DNA of 64,000 nucleotides, taken from positions 1,088,001 to 1,152,000 of the forward strand of contig CAVYSW010000003.1 of NCBI GenBank assembly GCA_963771275.1. Reading direction: 5' to 3'. Below are positions 20,034-29,529 of the stretch, one piece after another. The notes under the pieces are model-generated. The model was given only the letters and a program-made list of their open reading frames with translations. It was not told the DNA's origin and made no database searches. The position numbers and the translations under genes were made by a program. How positions within the stretch are numbered: position 1 is the first letter of the stretch; each line of letters begins with the position of its first letter. This stretch comes from an uncultured Gemmatimonadales bacterium (lineage in GTDB: Bacteria; Gemmatimonadota; Gemmatimonadetes; Gemmatimonadales; GWC2-71-9).

Positions 20034-21155
20034 GTGTCCCTGCTGCTCGCGGTGCTCCTTGCCCTCCAGGGCCAGAACGCGATCGACCACGCGGTGTCCG
20101 CTGGGATCGCCGCCGGAGCGTACCCTGGCGCCGTCGTTGTAATCGGAACGCGCGACACCGTGCTGTACGCGCGCGGCTACGGGCACTACACGTGGAACCC
20201 CGCAAGCGATGTCCCGGATCCGGCGCGCAGCCTGTTCGATCTCGCCTCGCTCACCAAGGTGGTCGCCACCACGACGGCCGCCATGCTGCTGGCCGACCGG
20301 GGCGTGCTCGCGCTCCAGCGCCCGGTGTCCGCCTACCTGCCCGGGTTCGTTGGCCCGGGCAAGGACCAGGTGAGCGTTCGCCGGCTGCTCGAGCATCGGT
20401 CCGGCCTCCCGGCCTTCATCCGGCTCGACACGCTCGCGCGCGACCCCGCCGACGCCCGCCGCTTGGTGCTGGCCGAGCCGCTCAAGTGGCAGCCGGGAAC
20501 GCGCGTGGAGTACAGCGACCTGAACGCAATGCTCTTGGGGTGGGTGGTGGAAGCCGCGGCGGGGACGACGCTCGACAGCTTCGTGACCGCGCAGATATTC
20601 CGGCCACTGGGGATGACCTCGACCATGTACCGCCCGCCCAGGGCTCTACGGCCGCGCATCGTTCCCGTCGGTCTCTGGCGCGGGCACGCCATCGCCGGGG
20701 AGGTGCACGACCAGAACGCGGCGACGCTCGGGGGGGTCTCCGGCCACGCCGGGCTGTACGCCAGCGGCCTCGACCTCGCCCGGTTCGCCCAGTTCCTGCT
20801 CCGCCGCGGCAGGGCCCCGGATGGGACGCAGCTGGTGCGTGGCGGCGCCGTGGATGCCTTCGTCCGCCGCGGCCCGGGAAACCGGGCGCTGGGCTGGGAA
20901 ATGCGGGACACGACGACGCGCGACAACGCCGGCGAGCTGCTGTCCCCGGCGGCCTACGGGCACACGGGATTCACCGGAACGTCGCTGTGGATCGATCCCG
21001 CGCGGGATCTGTTCGTCGTGGTGCTCACCAACCGCGTGTTCGCGCCGCGCACGCGACGCTCGATCACGGAGCTCAAGCGCGTCCGCGGCGAGGTCGCCGA
21101 CGGGGCGGTACGGCTCCGGGAAGCGTGTCGGGTGGAACAACGACCGGGGTGCTGA
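20034..21155 (+). CDS. Serine hydrolase, beta-lactamase class C-like family
   Basis: SLTK (SxxK), LLEHRSGL, YSD, GEVHDQNA, GHAGL, GHTGFTG. Confidence 0.92.
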   Translation: MSLLLAVLLALQGQNAIDHAVSAGIAAGAYPGAVVVIGTRDTVLYARGYGHYTWNPASDVPDPARSLFDLASLTKVVATTTAAMLLADRGVLALQRPVSAYLPGFVGPGKDQVSVRRLLEHRSGLPAFIRLDTLARDPADARRLVLAEPLKWQPGTRVEYSDLNAMLLGWVVEAAAGTTLDSFVTAQIFRPLGMTSTMYRPPRALRPRIVPVGLWRGHAIAGEVHDQNAATLGGVSGHAGLYASGLDLARFAQFLLRRGRAPDGTQLVRGGAVDAFVRRGPGNRALGWEMRDTTTRDNAGELLSPAAYGHTGFTGTSLWIDPARDLFVVVLTNRVFAPRTRRSITELKRVRGEVADGAVRLREACRVEQRPGC

Positions 21156-21161
21156 GCCCGC

Positions 21162-21521
21162 GTGAACGCTGAGCGCCGCACCGGTCCCGTGGTCATCTAC
21201 AACGAGGCGTGCAGCTTCTGTCGCCGGTGGGCGCAACACCTGCGCCGCTGGGATCGCGCCGGACGTGTCACGCTGCTTCCCCTCCAGGACGACCGCGCGC
21301 CGGCGCTTGCCGGCAGATCGCGCGGTGCGCTCGAGCAGGCCGTGCACGTGGTGCTCCCGACGGGTGAAGTGACCTCCGGAGCCGCAGCGTTGCGCGCGAT
21401 CTGCCGGTTCCTGCCCAATGGGTGGCTGGTGCGCATCGCGCTCTCTCTCCCCGGGGCGCTTCCCGTCGCCGAACGGGTGTACCACTACGTGGCGCGGCGC
21501 TGGGGGCCGGTTGGCTCCTGA
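21162..21521 (+). CDS. DCC1-like thiol-disulfide oxidoreductase (DUF393)
   Basis: VIYNEACSFC, GAAA, YHYVARRW. Confidence 0.8.
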   Translation: MNAERRTGPVVIYNEACSFCRRWAQHLRRWDRAGRVTLLPLQDDRAPALAGRSRGALEQAVHVVLPTGEVTSGAAALRAICRFLPNGWLVRIALSLPGALPVAERVYHYVARRWGPVGS

Positions 21522-21601
21522 TCCGTCCGTCGGTAGCTTCCAGAGAGAAGCCGCCCGGGCGGGCGGCCGGCCGTGACTGCGTCGTTTGCCGAGGTGATCC
21601 C

Positions 21602-21904
21602 ATGCCTGTCACCGAAGAGACCGTGCGGAAGGCGTTGCGCGTGGTCAAGGATCCCGAGCTCAACCTCAACATCATCGACCTCGGACTGGTCTATGATGTC
21701 GAGATCAAGCACCAGACCGAGGTGGTTGTCCGGATGACGTTGACCTCGCCGGGCTGCCCGGCTGGGCCGGAGATCATGACCGACGCGGAACAGGTCGTCC
21801 GCGGCATGGACGGGGTGACCGGCGTGGAGATCGAGCTCGTTTGGGAGCCCTACTGGACCCCGGAGCGGATCGACCCGCGCGTGCGCGCGTTTCTCGGCCT
21901 CTAG
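21602..21904 (+). CDS. Metal-sulfur cluster assembly factor (DUF59/SufT-like)
   Basis: DPELNLNIIDLGLVY, MTLTSPGCP, VWEPYWTPERI; SD GAGGTG. Confidence 0.92.
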   Translation: MPVTEETVRKALRVVKDPELNLNIIDLGLVYDVEIKHQTEVVVRMTLTSPGCPAGPEIMTDAEQVVRGMDGVTGVEIELVWEPYWTPERIDPRVRAFLGL

Positions 21905-21958
21905 GCGCCGTGTCGGTTGGTGCCCTGCGGGTGGAGCGCAGTCTGCCCCCACGGCGTT

Positions 21959-23116
21959 TCAGACCGGGCGCACCGCCCGCAGGATGGCCTCATCCGCCAG
22001 CACCTCGCGCTGCCAGCGGCGCAACTCCGGAATCGCGTCGAGATCGGCGGGCACTCGCGGCGCGGCACGGGCGATCTCCTGCAGGACTCCGTTGGCGCAG
22101 ACCAGCCCTGGATCGAGGCTGACAGCGGGCGCGCGGGCGGCCCGCAGGTCCCGCAGTCGCTGAAATCGGCCGTCCGCTTCCGGATCGGAGCGGGTCCGGG
22201 GTCGGCGCTCCACCCGCGGCCACTCCGCCTCGGGCGTCGCGAGCCCCTCCGCGATCGCCGAGAGCAGTTGGTCGCCGTAGCGCCGCGCGATGCTCGCAGG
22301 CATGCCCGGGACCGCCGCGAGGGCGGCAGCGGTCGGCGGGGCGAGCCGAGCGAGCGCGATGAGCAGCTCGTTGACCAGGATCCTGAAGGGTGCACGGTCC
22401 AGCGCTTTCGCCATCTGCGTACGCCACGACCAGACCGCGCGCAGCACGGCCAGTTGCGGCGGGTTCAGCAGCCTGGCGCCCTTGAGGTCGAGAAACGCGT
22501 CCTGCCCGTTGGCCCGGGCGTTCCACCGCACCTGCTCGAGACGCAGGAACTCCTCCTCCGCCCAGTGCAACCGTCCCAAAGCGCGGAGCCGGTCGGCGAG
22601 TAGATCCCTGAGGGCCGGCAGGTGCGCGGTGTCTGCGGCCGCATAGGCGATCATCTCGTCGGTCAACGGCCGCACCGACCAGTCGGCGCGCTGCAGCTTC
22701 TTGCTCAATCGAATGTCAAAGAACCGCTCGAGCAGGGCGCTCAGGCCGAACGCCTGCTCACCGGCGAGTTGTGCCGCGACGCGTGTATCCCAGATCCGGC
22801 GGGCGCGGAACCCGTAGTCGCGGTCAAGCATGCGGAGGTCGTAGTCGGCATCATGGAAGATCACCTCGATCCCGGCATCGGCGAGGAGGCGACCGATTGG
22901 CCCCAGGTCGGCAATGGCGAGCGGATCCACCAGCGCCGTCTCCCGGTCGGAGCTGAGCTGGATCAGGTAGACCCGATCGACGTACCGGTGGAACGACGCC
23001 GCCTCGGTGTCGAGCGCCACGCGGGTGCCGGTGCGCAGCCGCACGGCCAGTTGTTCAAGATCCTGGGGCTCCGTGATCAGGAGCGGCGAAGTCGGCGAGC
23101 GGAGGGGATCGGTCAT
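21959..23116 (-). CDS. rnd: Ribonuclease D (DEDDy exonuclease plus HRDC domains)
   Basis: ALDTEA, LIQLS, FHDADYDL, WDTRVAA, ADWSVRPL, YAAADT; HRDC-like C-terminus. Confidence 0.9.
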   Translation of the reverse strand: MTDPLRSPTSPLLITEPQDLEQLAVRLRTGTRVALDTEAASFHRYVDRVYLIQLSSDRETALVDPLAIADLGPIGRLLADAGIEVIFHDADYDLRMLDRDYGFRARRIWDTRVAAQLAGEQAFGLSALLERFFDIRLSKKLQRADWSVRPLTDEMIAYAAADTAHLPALRDLLADRLRALGRLHWAEEEFLRLEQVRWNARANGQDAFLDLKGARLLNPPQLAVLRAVWSWRTQMAKALDRAPFRILVNELLIALARLAPPTAAALAAVPGMPASIARRYGDQLLSAIAEGLATPEAEWPRVERRPRTRSDPEADGRFQRLRDLRAARAPAVSLDPGLVCANGVLQEIARAAPRVPADLDAIPELRRWQREVLADEAILRAVRPV

Positions 23117-23279
23117 GCCTCATGGAATCATCGCCAGGCGGGTGGCGATCCGGTAGCGACACCGGCTCCTCGAGACGGGCGCCCCCGGTCGCGGCTGCGG
23201 GGTCCGCCGCGCCGGTCAGTTGAAGCCGGTCGGCAGGCAGGTACCTTTCCTGCTCCAGCACGCACTCACGGGGGTACGG

Positions 23280-24488
23280 GTGGCGGTTTCGCCGGTCGAG
23301 CTGTCGGTCTACCCGGACGACTGCGACGCGTTCGGGCACCTGAATCAGGCCAGCCTCCTCACGCTGTTCGAGCGTGCGCGGTGGGAAGCCCTTGCCGCGG
23401 GCCCCGGGGCGGACGCGTTCCAGAAGACCGGCGTCTGGCCGGCCCTGCGCAAAGCCACCGTGGAGTATCTCCTGCAGGTCTTTCCTGGCGAGCGGCTGCG
23501 GTTCGACCTCGTGCTCACCCACCACGGGCACACCAGCTTCGCCGTGCGCCAGTCCGCCCGGAAGGTCGGCACCGACGCGCTGGCCGCGACGGCGGACTTC
23601 GTGTTCGTGTGCGTGGGGCGCGAAGGCAGGCCGGTACAGGTACCACCGGAGGTGAGCCGATTCCTGGGCGCGCGTCCATCGCGCCGCAGCGGCGCCACGC
23701 AGCGGATCTCGGTGCGCGGGCTCGCGCTGGCGGTGGACGTCACCGGAGACGGGCCGCCGGTCCTGTTCGTGCACGGGTTTCCCCTGGACCGGACCCTCTG
23801 GCGGCCGGTGATGGCCACGCTGACGGGGTGGCGGCGCATCGCGCCGGACCTGCGCGGGATGGGCCTGTCGGACGCGCCGGAAACCGGCTACACGATTGCC
23901 GAGTACGCCGACGACCTGGTGGCGCTGCTGGATGCGCTGCACGTTGACCGGGCGATCGTCTGCGGGCTCTCGATGGGTGGGTATGTCGCGTTCGACATGC
24001 TGCGGCGGCACCCGGGACGGATTCAGGGTCTCATCCTCGCCAACACGCGGGCCGGGGCCGACGATGCGGAGGGGCGGGCGCGCCGCGACGCCATGATCGC
24101 CCGCGTCCGACGGGACGGCACGGGATTCCTCGGGGAGGACATGGTGCCGAAGCTCCTCGCGACGACCTCGGTGCAGACCATGCCCGACGTCGTCCGGCAC
24201 GTGGCGGCCATGGTCACCGGAAGCCCGCCCGACGGCATCGCCGGCGCGCTCGCGGCGATGCGTGACCGCCCCGACTCGGTCGACCTGCTTCCGCGTATCG
24301 CGGTGCCCACCCTCGTGGTGGCGGGGAGTGACGACCAGTTGATCCCCCTCGCCGAGTCCCGTGCCATGGCGGGCGCCATCCCTGATGCCCACTTTGCGGT
24401 GATTCCCTCGGCCGGGCACCTCGCGCCACTGGAGCAACCGGTGAACACGAGCCGCGTGGTTCGCGAGTTTCTCGAGTCCCTCCTGTGA
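23280..24488 (+). CDS. Fusion of a hot-dog (4HBT-type) acyl-CoA thioesterase and an alpha/beta hydrolase
   Basis: N-terminal DCDAFGHLNQ; C-terminal HGFP, PDLRGMG, GLSMGG, GSDD, AGHL; start may be 23220 or 23280. Confidence 0.85.
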   Translation: MAVSPVELSVYPDDCDAFGHLNQASLLTLFERARWEALAAGPGADAFQKTGVWPALRKATVEYLLQVFPGERLRFDLVLTHHGHTSFAVRQSARKVGTDALAATADFVFVCVGREGRPVQVPPEVSRFLGARPSRRSGATQRISVRGLALAVDVTGDGPPVLFVHGFPLDRTLWRPVMATLTGWRRIAPDLRGMGLSDAPETGYTIAEYADDLVALLDALHVDRAIVCGLSMGGYVAFDMLRRHPGRIQGLILANTRAGADDAEGRARRDAMIARVRRDGTGFLGEDMVPKLLATTSVQTMPDVVRHVAAMVTGSPPDGIAGALAAMRDRPDSVDLLPRIAVPTLVVAGSDDQLIPLAESRAMAGAIPDAHFAVIPSAGHLAPLEQPVNTSRVVREFLESLL

Positions 24489-24928
24489 CGAGCGTGAGGC
24501 CGCGGATCCCGTCCCTGCTCTGGGGGCTCGCCCTCGGGCTGGCCGTGCTGACCACCGCGCGGCCCGCCGCCGCCCAATCACCGGAGCAGGCGGCGCAGCA
24601 CGCCGCCGAGCGGTGGCTCGCGCTGGTTGATTCGGCGCAGTACGCGGAGAGCTGGACGCAAGCCGCCGCCGCATTCCGGACGGCCCTGTCGCAGGGCGGA
24701 TGGGACACGACCATGATGCGTGTGCGGAGCCCGCTCGGCGCCGCCCGCTCCCGGGAACTGCTGGGCGCGCAGTACTCGAGCACACTTCCCGGGGCCCCAC
24801 CGGGCGAGTACGTCGTCCTGCAGTTCCGCACGGTGTTTGCCGACCGCACAGCGCCGGCTGTCGAAACCGTTGTACCGATGAAAGAGCCGGACGGCACCTG
24901 GCGGGTTTCCGGCTATTTCATCCGATAG
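24485..24928 (+). CDS. DUF4019 domain-containing secreted protein
   Basis: Signal peptide; WLALVD...Y..SW...LPGAPPGEYVV.QF.T.F...ETV...WRVSGYFI. Confidence 0.85.
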   Translation: MTSVRPRIPSLLWGLALGLAVLTTARPAAAQSPEQAAQHAAERWLALVDSAQYAESWTQAAAAFRTALSQGGWDTTMMRVRSPLGAARSRELLGAQYSSTLPGAPPGEYVVLQFRTVFADRTAPAVETVVPMKEPDGTWRVSGYFIR

Positions 24929-24966
24929 TTGAGCCGCAGCACCACCCGACATCCTCAGAGGACCCC

Positions 24967-25617
24967 ATGCAGTCTCGATCGATCCTGCCATTCCTGCTGC
25001 TCGGCACCCTGATCGCGTGTCCGGCGCGTGATAAGGAACAGCCGAACAAGGAGCAGCCGGCGGCTGACGCCGCTGGGCGACCGGCGGCAACGCGCGACAC
25101 GGTCATCCTGGAGACCGGCAAGGGACGCATCGTGATCGAGTTGAATCGGGAGCAAGCGCCCCAGACCGTCGCGAACTTTGAGCGACACGTGGGTGCCGGC
25201 TTCTACGACGGGCTGGTGTTTCACCGGATCGCGCCGGGGTTCGTGATCCAAACCGGCCGCGTCACGGAGTCCTTCGGCGAGCGCAAGAGCGCGGTGATGG
25301 GCGTCGAGAACGAGGCGCAGAATGGGCTGCACAATCTGCGCGGGACCGTGGGAATGGCGCGGACGGCGGACCCGCACAGCGGCACCAGCGAGTTCTTCAT
25401 CAATCTGGCGGACAACTCCGCGAAGCTCGACTTCACAGCGCCGACGATCCAGGGTTGGGGGTACGCGGTGTTCGGCCGGGTGATCGAGGGTATGGACGTG
25501 GTGGACGCCATCGCGGCGACGAAGCCGGTCCGGCGCGGCACGTTCGGCGAGTATCCCACGGACCCGACGGTGATCAAGCGCGCCTACATGCGGGGAGCGG
25601 CTCCGGCGAGCCAGTGA
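24967..25617 (+). CDS. Cyclophilin-type peptidyl-prolyl cis-trans isomerase (lipoprotein)
   Basis: FYDGLVFHRI..GFVIQ, GTVGMART..PHS.TSEFFIN, GYAVFGRVIEGMDVVD; lipobox LIA-C. Confidence 0.95.
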   Translation: MQSRSILPFLLLGTLIACPARDKEQPNKEQPAADAAGRPAATRDTVILETGKGRIVIELNREQAPQTVANFERHVGAGFYDGLVFHRIAPGFVIQTGRVTESFGERKSAVMGVENEAQNGLHNLRGTVGMARTADPHSGTSEFFINLADNSAKLDFTAPTIQGWGYAVFGRVIEGMDVVDAIAATKPVRRGTFGEYPTDPTVIKRAYMRGAAPASQ

Positions 25618-26192
25618 GCGGGATGCGCCAGCCCGAGATCCGCGTCACCCTCCCCTCCTGGGTCGCGTCGTTCGTCCCGTGGGCCCGATCGCACGCAACG
25701 GACGCCGAGCGCATGCGGCTGGCAGTGGCGCTGGCCGACGAGAACCTCACGCGCCGGAGCGGCGGCCCGTTCGGAGCCGTCATCTTCGACCTCGAGAGCG
25801 GCCTCCCGATTGCCGTCGGCGTCAATCTCGTCGAACGGGCGCGCAACGCGATCCTCCACGCCGAGATCGTGGCACTGATGCTGGCGGAGCGACGCCTCGA
25901 CCGCTACTCGCTTGGCGATCCCGACCTGCCGCCCCACGGGCTCGTGACCTCCTGCGAGCCCTGTGCCATGTGCCTCGGTGCCGCCCTGTGGAGCGGGGTG
26001 CGACGGCTGGTCTGTGGCGCGACGCGGGAAGACGCCCGCCGGCTCGGGTTCGATGAAGGGCCGGTGTTCCCCGAGTCGTATCACTATCTCGAGCGCCGTG
26101 GCATGACGATCGTCCGTGAAGTCCATCGTGCGGAAGCCGCCGCCGTGCTCGAGCGATATGCGGCCGAGGGTGGCACCATCTACAATGGATAG
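25614..26192 (+). CDS. Zn-dependent nucleoside/nucleobase deaminase (cytidine/guanine deaminase superfamily)
   Basis: GGPFGA, HAE, SCEPCAMCLGA, GFDEG; start GTG 25614 or ATG 25623. Confidence 0.9.
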   Translation: MSGMRQPEIRVTLPSWVASFVPWARSHATDAERMRLAVALADENLTRRSGGPFGAVIFDLESGLPIAVGVNLVERARNAILHAEIVALMLAERRLDRYSLGDPDLPPHGLVTSCEPCAMCLGAALWSGVRRLVCGATREDARRLGFDEGPVFPESYHYLERRGMTIVREVHRAEAAAVLERYAAEGGTIYNG

Positions 26193-26742
26193 GCCCGCGC
26201 CCCAACCCACGCTGGCGACGCCACGCCTGCTGCTCCGCCCGCTGGCTCTGGCGGACGCCGCGGAGGTACAGCGTCTGGCCGGGGTGTGGGAAGTCGCGGA
26301 TACCACTCTCAGTATTCCGCATCCCTATGAGGACGGGGTCGCGGAAGCGTGGATCGCCACGCTGGCCGACCTGTACGCGCGCCGCGAGCAGGTGGTGTTC
26401 GCGATCGCCGCCCGCCCCGACGACTACCTGCTCGGGGCCATCGGTCTCGTGCTGCGCCGCACGTACAACCGCGCCGAGCTCGGTTACTGGATTGGGAAAC
26501 CGTTCTGGGGTCTCGGCTACGCCACGGAGGCCGCGATGGCGGCGTTGCGCTACGGGTTCGGGACGCTCGCGCTCAACCGCATCCACGCCTGTCACTTTGC
26601 GCGGAACCCGGCGTCGGGACGGGTGCTGCAGAAGATCGGCATGCGGCAGGAGGGCGTGGCGCGGCAGCACGTCAGGCGCTGGGGCCGGTATGAGGATCTC
26701 GTGCAGTACGGCATCCTGCGAGAGGAGCACGACGCCCAATGA
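26185..26742 (+). CDS. GNAT N-acetyltransferase (RimJ/RimL family)
   Basis: TPRLLLRP, ELGYWIGKPFWGLGYATEA, NPASGRVLQKIGM..EG. Confidence 0.92.
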   Translation: MDRPAPQPTLATPRLLLRPLALADAAEVQRLAGVWEVADTTLSIPHPYEDGVAEAWIATLADLYARREQVVFAIAARPDDYLLGAIGLVLRRTYNRAELGYWIGKPFWGLGYATEAAMAALRYGFGTLALNRIHACHFARNPASGRVLQKIGMRQEGVARQHVRRWGRYEDLVQYGILREEHDAQ

Positions 26743-27803
26743 GACGGCTCGCTTGGCTGCTCGCGATGGCCGCCGCGGCCTCCACCACGGACCGGGCGGC
26801 GGGCCAGAGCGTGACCCACGTGATCGGTGTGAGCGGGGAGTTCCGCGGCATGTCGGCGACCGGATCGGTGGTGTGGGCGAGTGGACGGGGTGGGAAGTAC
26901 GCCCGCTCGACCGACGGCGGGGTGACCTGGACGGCCGGAACCGTGCCCGGCGCCGAGGACATGGTCCTGGTGGACGTCGCGGCACTCGATGACCGCTCCG
27001 CCTGTGTCCTCGCCACGAGCTTCGAGGGAGGCCTGGGCAGGATCTACCGTACCGCCGACGGCGGCGCAACGTGGACCCTGTCCTACGAGCACGAGCGTCC
27101 CGGCGTCTTCTTCGATGGGATGGCGTTTTGGGACGCGCGGCACGGGCTCGCGTTCGGCGATCCCGTGGACGGTGCCTTTTCCATCGTGCGCACCACCGAT
27201 GGCGGCGCGTCGTGGTCCGAGGTCCGGCGCGAGAAGATCCCCATACCGCTCGACGGGGAAGCGGGCTTTGCCGCCAGCGGGACCGCGATCGCGGTCGTGG
27301 GGACCCGGCATGGCTGGATCGGCACCGGCGGCGGGCCCGTGGCGCGCGTCCTCCGCACCGGCGACGGCGGCCTCTCGTGGTCCGCCGAGACCACGCCGCT
27401 CCCCGGCGGGGCCGCGACGGGAATCTTCGGGGTCGCGTTCCGCGATACCGTCCACGGCATGGCCGTGGGTGGGAACTACCAGCAGCCTTCCGCCGCCGGT
27501 CCGAACGTGGTTCGGACCACGGACGGCGGCCGCACGTGGGTGCTCGCCGGGACCACTGCGCCTGCCGGGGTCCGCTACGGTCTCGCCTATCTGCCGGGGG
27601 CTGCGGGGACCGCAGTGACCGTGGGGCCCACCGGGTACGGCCTGACGCACGATGACGGGCGCACATGGGTCGCGGTCGATACGCTGTACGCCTTCACCCT
27701 CGCGCTCGCGCCGGGGCGTGGTTGGCTCGCCGGTCCGGCGGGGCGCATCATCGGGCTCGACCCCGCACTTCTGCGTTCGCCGGAGCGGGGCGGCGGCCGC
27801 TAG
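26739..27803 (+). CDS. Secreted BNR/Asp-box (YCF48-like) beta-propeller protein
   Basis: Signal peptide; repeated (S/T).DGG.(T/S)W Asp boxes; GEAGFAASGT. Confidence 0.85.
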   Translation: MRRLAWLLAMAAAASTTDRAAGQSVTHVIGVSGEFRGMSATGSVVWASGRGGKYARSTDGGVTWTAGTVPGAEDMVLVDVAALDDRSACVLATSFEGGLGRIYRTADGGATWTLSYEHERPGVFFDGMAFWDARHGLAFGDPVDGAFSIVRTTDGGASWSEVRREKIPIPLDGEAGFAASGTAIAVVGTRHGWIGTGGGPVARVLRTGDGGLSWSAETTPLPGGAATGIFGVAFRDTVHGMAVGGNYQQPSAAGPNVVRTTDGGRTWVLAGTTAPAGVRYGLAYLPGAAGTAVTVGPTGYGLTHDDGRTWVAVDTLYAFTLALAPGRGWLAGPAGRIIGLDPALLRSPERGGGR

Positions 27804-27834
27804 CCCGATCCCCGCGGCGTCGCGCTCCTCGCGA

Positions 27835-28383
27835 CTAGTGCCTCGTCGTGCTCGTGTCCTGACAGCAGCCGGGCATGCCCTTTCCCATCCCCGCACCCAT
27901 CCCCATGTCGTGCTCCATCCAGCCCTTGACCGTGGCCCGCTGCTCGTCGGTAAGCAGGGCCATCGCCGCGAGCCCCGCCTGGACCTGAACCCAATGTCCC
28001 GCGCCCATCGCGTCGAGCGCGGCTTGGAACTGTCGGTGCACCATGGCGGAATCGGGGCTCGCCGCCTGCATGGCCGTCATCATCGCTTCCATGTGCTGAT
28101 GCTGAGTCGCGGTCGCGCGGTCGTACTGCTCGCGCGCATCGGCCGCCAGCTTCTCGATCTTTGCCACCTGGTCGCCCGTGAGCTTGAGATCGGCCTTTCG
28201 CTCCAGCAGGTGCGCCGCTCCGAACGCCATCATGTGCATCCCGGGCTCCATCTGCGTTCCCATGTGGGAGCTCATCTGGTCGCCGTGCATGCCGGATCCC
28301 ATCTGATGCTGGTGCTGCTGGGCCGCCAGGGGCGCTGTTGCCGCCGCGGCCAGGGCGACGACCACTGTTCCGAGCTTCATCAT
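27835..28383 (-). CDS. Periplasmic Spy/CpxP/ZraP-like helical protein, Met/His-rich
   Basis: Signal peptide ...APLAA-Q; LTGDQ and LTDEQ (LTxxQ) motifs; Met/His-rich termini; SD AAGGAG. Confidence 0.75.
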   Translation of the reverse strand: MMKLGTVVVALAAAATAPLAAQQHQHQMGSGMHGDQMSSHMGTQMEPGMHMMAFGAAHLLERKADLKLTGDQVAKIEKLAADAREQYDRATATQHQHMEAMMTAMQAASPDSAMVHRQFQAALDAMGAGHWVQVQAGLAAMALLTDEQRATVKGWMEHDMGMGAGMGKGMPGCCQDTSTTRH

Positions 28384-28739
28384 GCTTCCGCTCCTTCTGC
28401 TCCCGCGGCAGATCGGGGAGCGCCGGGTTGGTGGGGGACGTGCGGGCAGCGATCCGTGCTGGGAAAGAGCGTTGCCCGACCTGTGCCCAAAGATACCCGA
28501 CTTCCGACCGCGGAGGTCCCGGGAGCGGGAGGACTTGAGCGCCCGGCTACGCCTTGGGATCGCGCTCAGGGCGAGTCGCGAGCTCGGAGCCGCGCCGCGG
28601 CGTAGGTGAACGAGGTGGTGTGCGTGCGGGACCGCCCGTTCGCGGTGTCGCGCCGTACGAGGCTCACCCGAATGCTGTCGACGGACCGTCCCTCCGGCCA
28701 GCCGCCGCATCCCGTGCCTCCCGTCAATGGTCGATGCCC

Positions 28740-28928
28740 TCAATCCTGATGCTCCGCCGGGCTCAGCCGCTCGGCGCCCGGCAGCTTCCCGACCAGACGG
28801 GCCGGATCGTGAATCAGGATCGGCAAGTGCTGAGGGCAGATCCAGTGGGTCGTGCCCTGGTATTCGAGCGGAATCAAGGGGGTTTCGTCAGGCCCGCGGT
28901 GGCAGGCCAGGCATGACTTCTCGGGCAT
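28740..28928 (-). CDS. Small putative zinc-binding protein (CxxC...CxxH)
   Basis: MPEKSCLACH...WICPQHLPILIHDP; last gene of a minus-strand run. Confidence 0.7.
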   Translation of the reverse strand: MPEKSCLACHRGPDETPLIPLEYQGTTHWICPQHLPILIHDPARLVGKLPGAERLSPAEHQD

Positions 28929-28943
28929 CGGTGGCTCGCTTGC

Positions 28944-29414
28944 TCAATTGGCGGGGAGCTTTCCGGTGACGCGCAGCAGCCACCGGAAGCAGCGGTGCCC
29001 CGGATCAACCGGCTCGCAGAACATCATCGGGCACCCGCCCGCGATCACCGTGACGCCACGCTCGCGTCCCAGCTCGGCCGCGCGGTCGGAGACGCTCCCG
29101 GTGCCGAATGAGCGGTGCATCCAGACGCGCGGCACGCCGAGTTGCGCGCACTGCTCGACGAGCCGCTCGCTAACGGCCGGCGTGGTGGCGAGCACGGCGC
29201 CGTCCACGCTGTGGGGCAGCGCTGCGAGCGTGGGGTAGCACGTGTCCCCTTCAACCGATTCCGCGTTGGGATTGACGGCGTACACGACGTAGCCTGCTTT
29301 GCGCAACGTCCGGTAGATCAGGTTCGCGGGCTGCCGCGTGTCGCGCGACACCCCCACGACCGCGAGGTGCTTCTGCCGCAGGAACTCCGCGATGGATGGT
29401 GGGACCTTGGCCAT
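28944..29414 (-). CDS. CoA-binding protein (YccU-like)
   Basis: LAVVGVSR, YAVNP, CYPTL, RVWM, GGCPMM; SD GGAGG. Confidence 0.9.
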   Translation of the reverse strand: MAKVPPSIAEFLRQKHLAVVGVSRDTRQPANLIYRTLRKAGYVVYAVNPNAESVEGDTCYPTLAALPHSVDGAVLATTPAVSERLVEQCAQLGVPRVWMHRSFGTGSVSDRAAELGRERGVTVIAGGCPMMFCEPVDPGHRCFRWLLRVTGKLPAN

Positions 29415-29529
29415 GTCAGTCCTCCGCGTCGTCCAAGTTGTAGGCGATGCGCCGCCTCCTCGGCGGGCACCGCCGGGGTGCGCCTCTCGGTCTGAGCCGA
29501 CTGTCCGTGCGCACAGGCATCGCCACGCG

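Noticed and set aside
20185..20198. ACTACACGTGGAAC as an origin-proximal parS site
   Set aside because: Three mismatches in one arm and explained by coding (HYTWN); no full parS palindrome was noticed in the window
27835..28743. 302-aa extended version of the Spy-like ORF (including an SD-like GGGAGG before ATG 28710)
   Set aside because: Extension is low-complexity and Arg-rich and would bury the signal peptide; ATG 28383/28380 has its own SD
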